Notes under the pieces: generated by a model
Seen by the model: the letters and a program-made list of their open reading frames with translations, nothing else
What the model was told of the DNA's origin: nothing
Databases searched by the model: none
Part shown: piece by piece, positions 60,247-63,966 of the stretch
Layout: every line of letters starts with the position of its first letter
How positions within the stretch are numbered: the stretch's first letter is position 1
Made by a program: the position numbers and the translations under genes
Origin: Chara braunii
Lineage: Eukaryota; Plantae; Charophyceae
Assembly (NCBI GenBank): GCA_003427395.1
Contig: BFEA01000037.1
Location: 3,309,877-3,373,842 of the forward strand
Direction of reading: 5' to 3'
DNA length: 63,966 nucleotides

Positions 60247-60949
60247 CCTCATATAACTCAACACCCCCTGGTAACTAAAATTCTCTTGCACTTCTTGAAG
60301 AAAACATTCACAAAACAGTGACAATCCAAATGAATGACTGCAACTTGTACTTCTGAGAAGGCAGGTATTTGTTTATTTAAGAGTCGTTCTGCCCTGGTGT
60401 TAGCTTAAGAAATGAGGCTCCAAAGCGTTTCTTGAGTTAACGTGTTTGTTTGCATGTAGCAAAGACCGTTAGGGTTTGTGACGGTTGATGCTGCGTACTC
60501 CAGTTCGCTCACTTTCTCTTCCAACTGCGATATGATCTCTGAACGGTTTCTCTCCACTTCAGCCAGTTTTGCATATGCTCCGTCATTGGATATGGTTGAT
60601 TTTTGTAATTCGCCCTCCAAATGCTCACACTGCTTTGCCGATTCCACACAACAGAGAGAAAAGACTGAGTTACGGTGTGCATCACTTTCTGTGCAATGAA
60701 ACTGTGGAACTAAGGGGATGGTAGTGAAGTTCTTACTGCAGAACTGACTGTTTTATTCCAGCATTGACTGACTGTTTTATTCCAGGATTGTTAAGCATCA
60801 CGCTGACTTTTACCGTAAGATCTCAGCTTCAGTGATCAGTTCATTCATTTGGCGTTCTCAAAGTTGCACTGATTAGTAATGGACAGGAGATGATATGGAA
60901 AAGAAGGGGACTGTTTTGAAAACGAGAAAAAGGGGTTGCATTACTGTAA

Positions 60950-61300
60950 TAAGGTAATGACCTTGCGATTATGGCTCCTTTCCATTCCAGCGAGCAACAA
61001 TCCGGTTCCTACTCCACGAGCAATTCAGGAGTATTCAAACAGTGATACTCGCTAATGCTCGTCTACTCTCAATTACGACTGAGAGGTCCGCACAACTTCC
61101 TCAGTCCCAAAGCACCACTGCTTAGGAGCATAAGATTGCTTATCGCACTTCTCTTGCAAGACATGCGCAACCAAAAATGGGTGTATCGCCTCAAAATCTA
61201 TGAGCCGCATTCCTGGGTGGCGCAGATCTTGCTGGGAAAAACAATTGGCCGCATGCAACAGCATGCAGCCGGAACTTCTTTACAGCCCCTTAAAGACCGA
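60950..61300 (-). mobile_element. Old LINE 3'-UTR remnant sharing the LINE-A 3' motif
   Basis: Minus strand GTGGAGTAGGAACCGGATTGTTGCTCGCTGGAATGGAAAGGAGCCA matches LINE-A' 39133-39179; upstream extent uncertain. Confidence 0.55.
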
Positions 61301-61509
61301 CCAGCGCAGGGCAACCAGAATGACACTCTGGCCTGGGCCAATAGGTCCAGGTGGAGGCTACAATGGAAATTCGACCTGGACCTACCTGCCCAGGCTGGAA
61401 CGTTCTTCTGCCATGGACTAATCCAGACGAGGGGGAGGCCCCTCCCAACGAAAAGACTACCTGGACCCACTGGCCTCGGTTGATCAGAGTACCGTTCTGG
61501 CGCAGGCAA

Positions 61510-63400
61510 TTTTTTTTTTTTTCTTCTATTTTTAACTAAGGATTACTAAGTTGCATTCTTCTTTCAAATTCACCTTCACTCCCTACCTACAACTACTCCT
61601 AGGCCTATACAGGGGACCCTGCGAACATAACTACCTCTCACAATCAAGGGATTGATTTTGCCCCCCACCCTAATCGGTAGTGGTCAGGGAGTAGGGTGAG
61701 GACGCTGGTGGGGGGAGCCGACTAACACAAAGACGGAGCATTTTGCCAGTAGCTGCACCCCTTACCTACTTCCCCCAACCCCATGGCTTACTGGAACACA
61801 TTTTTTTTCTTTGTCTTCCAGGAACAACTTTCTGGCTGCACACATGAGTAGCTGAAAAATGGTCGCCCTAAGCACGGCCAGAAAGTAGTTCTAACCTGGA
61901 CTTGGCCATTAGCTGAGGCCAGGAGCTCCCTCTCCTTCCTTCATGAACCTCGCCCTCCCCTTCCTGGGCCCCTCTGTCCCCTCAATCCCCCTCCAACCCT
62001 AAACTCTCTCCACCAATATTTTCTCCGCCCTTGGAGATCTCCGCTTCCCTCCCCTCCCCCAAGCTCTTCTCCTTCCCTCCTCTTCCCCAAACCCACCTCA
62101 TCCTGATCTTCCATGCGAACCTCTCCCCAAGCCTCTCTCTCACTTCGCCCCACCCCAAACATTTCCCCAGCCATTCCCTCCCACCCCTCCCCACCTTCCG
62201 CCACCCTTTTTCCCCCTCCTCTTTTGACTAGTGTCTCTGTCCCCTCCCGCAAATCTTTCCCAAGCCTAAACTCTCCCCAACATCTTTCCCACCCCTCCCC
62301 GTGCAGAACTCTCCCTTCCCTCCCCCAGACCTCTCACCCCCCTCTTGCTCCCCTCCCCCTCACCNCNCNCCCCCNNCCCCCTGGGATCCCTCCTCTCCCC
62401 TGAATGTCACCCTTTCCTATCCGCCATGTTTAAAACCTAAACTCTCTCCACCAATATTTTCTCCGCCCCTGGAGCTCTCCGCTTCCCTCCCCTCCCCCAA
62501 GCTCTTCTCCTTCCCTCCTCTTCCCCAAACCCACCTCATCCTGATCTTCCATGCGAACCTCTCCCCAAGCCTCTCTCTCACTTCGCCCCACCCCAAACAT
62601 TTCCCCAGCCATTCCCTCCCCCCCCTCCCCACCTTCCGCCACCCTTCTTCCCCCTCCTCTTTTGACTAGTGTCTCTGTCCCCTCCCGCAAATCTTTCCCA
62701 AGCCTAAACTCTCCCCAACATCTTTCCCACCCCTCCCCGTGCAGAACTCTCCCTCCCCTCCCCCAGACCTCTCNCCCCCCTCTTGCNCCCCNCCCCCNCN
62801 CCNNCCCCCTCGTCNCCGCTCTCCCCCTTCCCCCTGGGATCCCTCCTCTCCCCTGAATGTCACCCTTCTCTATCCGCCATGTTTACAACCTTCCATCATT
62901 TTGTGTGACCCTCACCCACCTCTTCCCGAACCTCTACCTCCCATCTCCTTTTGTGAGTCTCTCTCCCATCTCCACCCTCTTTCCCCTTGTCTTTATCCTC
63001 TTTGCAACCTTCCCCCACCTCGCGCAACCCTTTCCCCACCTTGCACGACCCTTCCCCCACCTAGCGTGACCCTTCCCCACCTCTTCCTGAACTTCTTTCT
63101 CCGCTCTCTGCCCTCTTCGTGACTTCCCCCATCTCATACAACCCTCCACCACATCTTCCCGAACCCCTCCCTCCCCTCTCCGCACTCTTTGCAGCCCTCC
63201 TGCACTTAGCGCGAGCCTCCCCCAGCTCATCACTCCCTCTCCCTCCCCTCTCCACCCTTGCAACCTTCCACCACCTCTCGCTAAATCTCTAACTCCCCTC
63301 TCTGCCCTCTTCATGACCTTCCCCCACCTAGCACGACCCTCTACCACCTCTTCCCAACCTCTCCGCTTCCCTCCCACTCTCATCCATGGACCTCCCCCAA
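61510..63400 (-). mobile_element. Poly(A)-tailed retroelement 3' region with a long G-rich tract and a ~438-bp tandem duplication
   Basis: Poly(T) at 61510-61522; C-rich plus strand at 61940-63400; 61996-62431 repeated at 62432-62885. Confidence 0.5.
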
Positions 63401-63899
63401 AACTTCCTAGCTACAACGCCCCTGGTTTTTCCTTTTTTTTCTCCGCTTTGACAAAGACAGGGCCAGGACACTTCAATGGGCTTCCTTTCTTTCTTACTTT
63501 TTTTCAACCGCCAGTACTTTTGAGTCAGTTTTGAGTCTTTTGACCCTTCCCTTGCTGAGCCTGGAAATGCACTGCGCGCCAAAAAAAAATGAACTGGCAC
63601 GGGTCATCTTTCCCTTTTGGGAAATTTGTCTGGCGCCCCTGTAATTTCCATTATTTTGCGCCACGCCCCTCCGATGGCGACTTACCCTGCCGTGCCCCTC
63701 TGACCAAGATTCAAATTTCCCATAAGACCCCGGTGTTGGCTGGGCGTCAGATATTTTTGTTATGCCCCTACCGGTACCCGTTCCAAATTTGCACTACCGG
63801 ATAGCCGTTGAGTACCAGCACCAAAATTTTCCATATGCCCCTATGGGTAGGGTGCATGTTTTCAGCGCACCTCTATGGTATGCGCATAGCGGCCACTTC

Positions 63900-63902
<3 letters not shown>

Positions 63903-63966
<64 letters not shown>
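63903..63966. repeat. (CT)n microsatellite
   Basis: Pure TC repeat to the window end. Confidence 0.98.

Overview
A repeat-saturated eukaryotic region with no confidently identifiable host gene. The element repertoire suggests a charophyte alga such as Chara (inference). It is a stack of nested retroelements. (1) Three divergent Penelope-like elements (PLE-1, -2, -3); PLE-1 shows the permuted Chlamys/Naiad layout with GIY-YIG N-terminal to RT, and PLE-1 and PLE-3 carry an upstream ORF1 with a SAP/HeH-like motif. PLE-1 is split by an 11-kb LINE with a 13-15 bp TSD and ends in a type I hammerhead ribozyme. (2) L1/Tx1-type LINEs: LINE-A (minus strand, TSD-bounded, with an array of about 10 palindromic units upstream of ORF1), its 5'-truncated relative LINE-A', full-length LINE-B (16-bp TSD, intact ORF1 with a possible degenerate Nudix-fold domain), and several 3' fragments. 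(3) A truncated Ty3/Gypsy element with LTR, tRNA-iMet PBS, gag, protease and partial RT, plus related LTR fragments. (4) A 1.3-kb non-coding element with a type III hammerhead sitting between (CA)n tracts, with truncated relatives in (TA)n. (5) Hairpins/MITE-like elements, tRNA-derived repeats and satellites. A 2031-bp exact tandem duplication and the near-identical cores of LINE-A and A' look like assembly artefacts.
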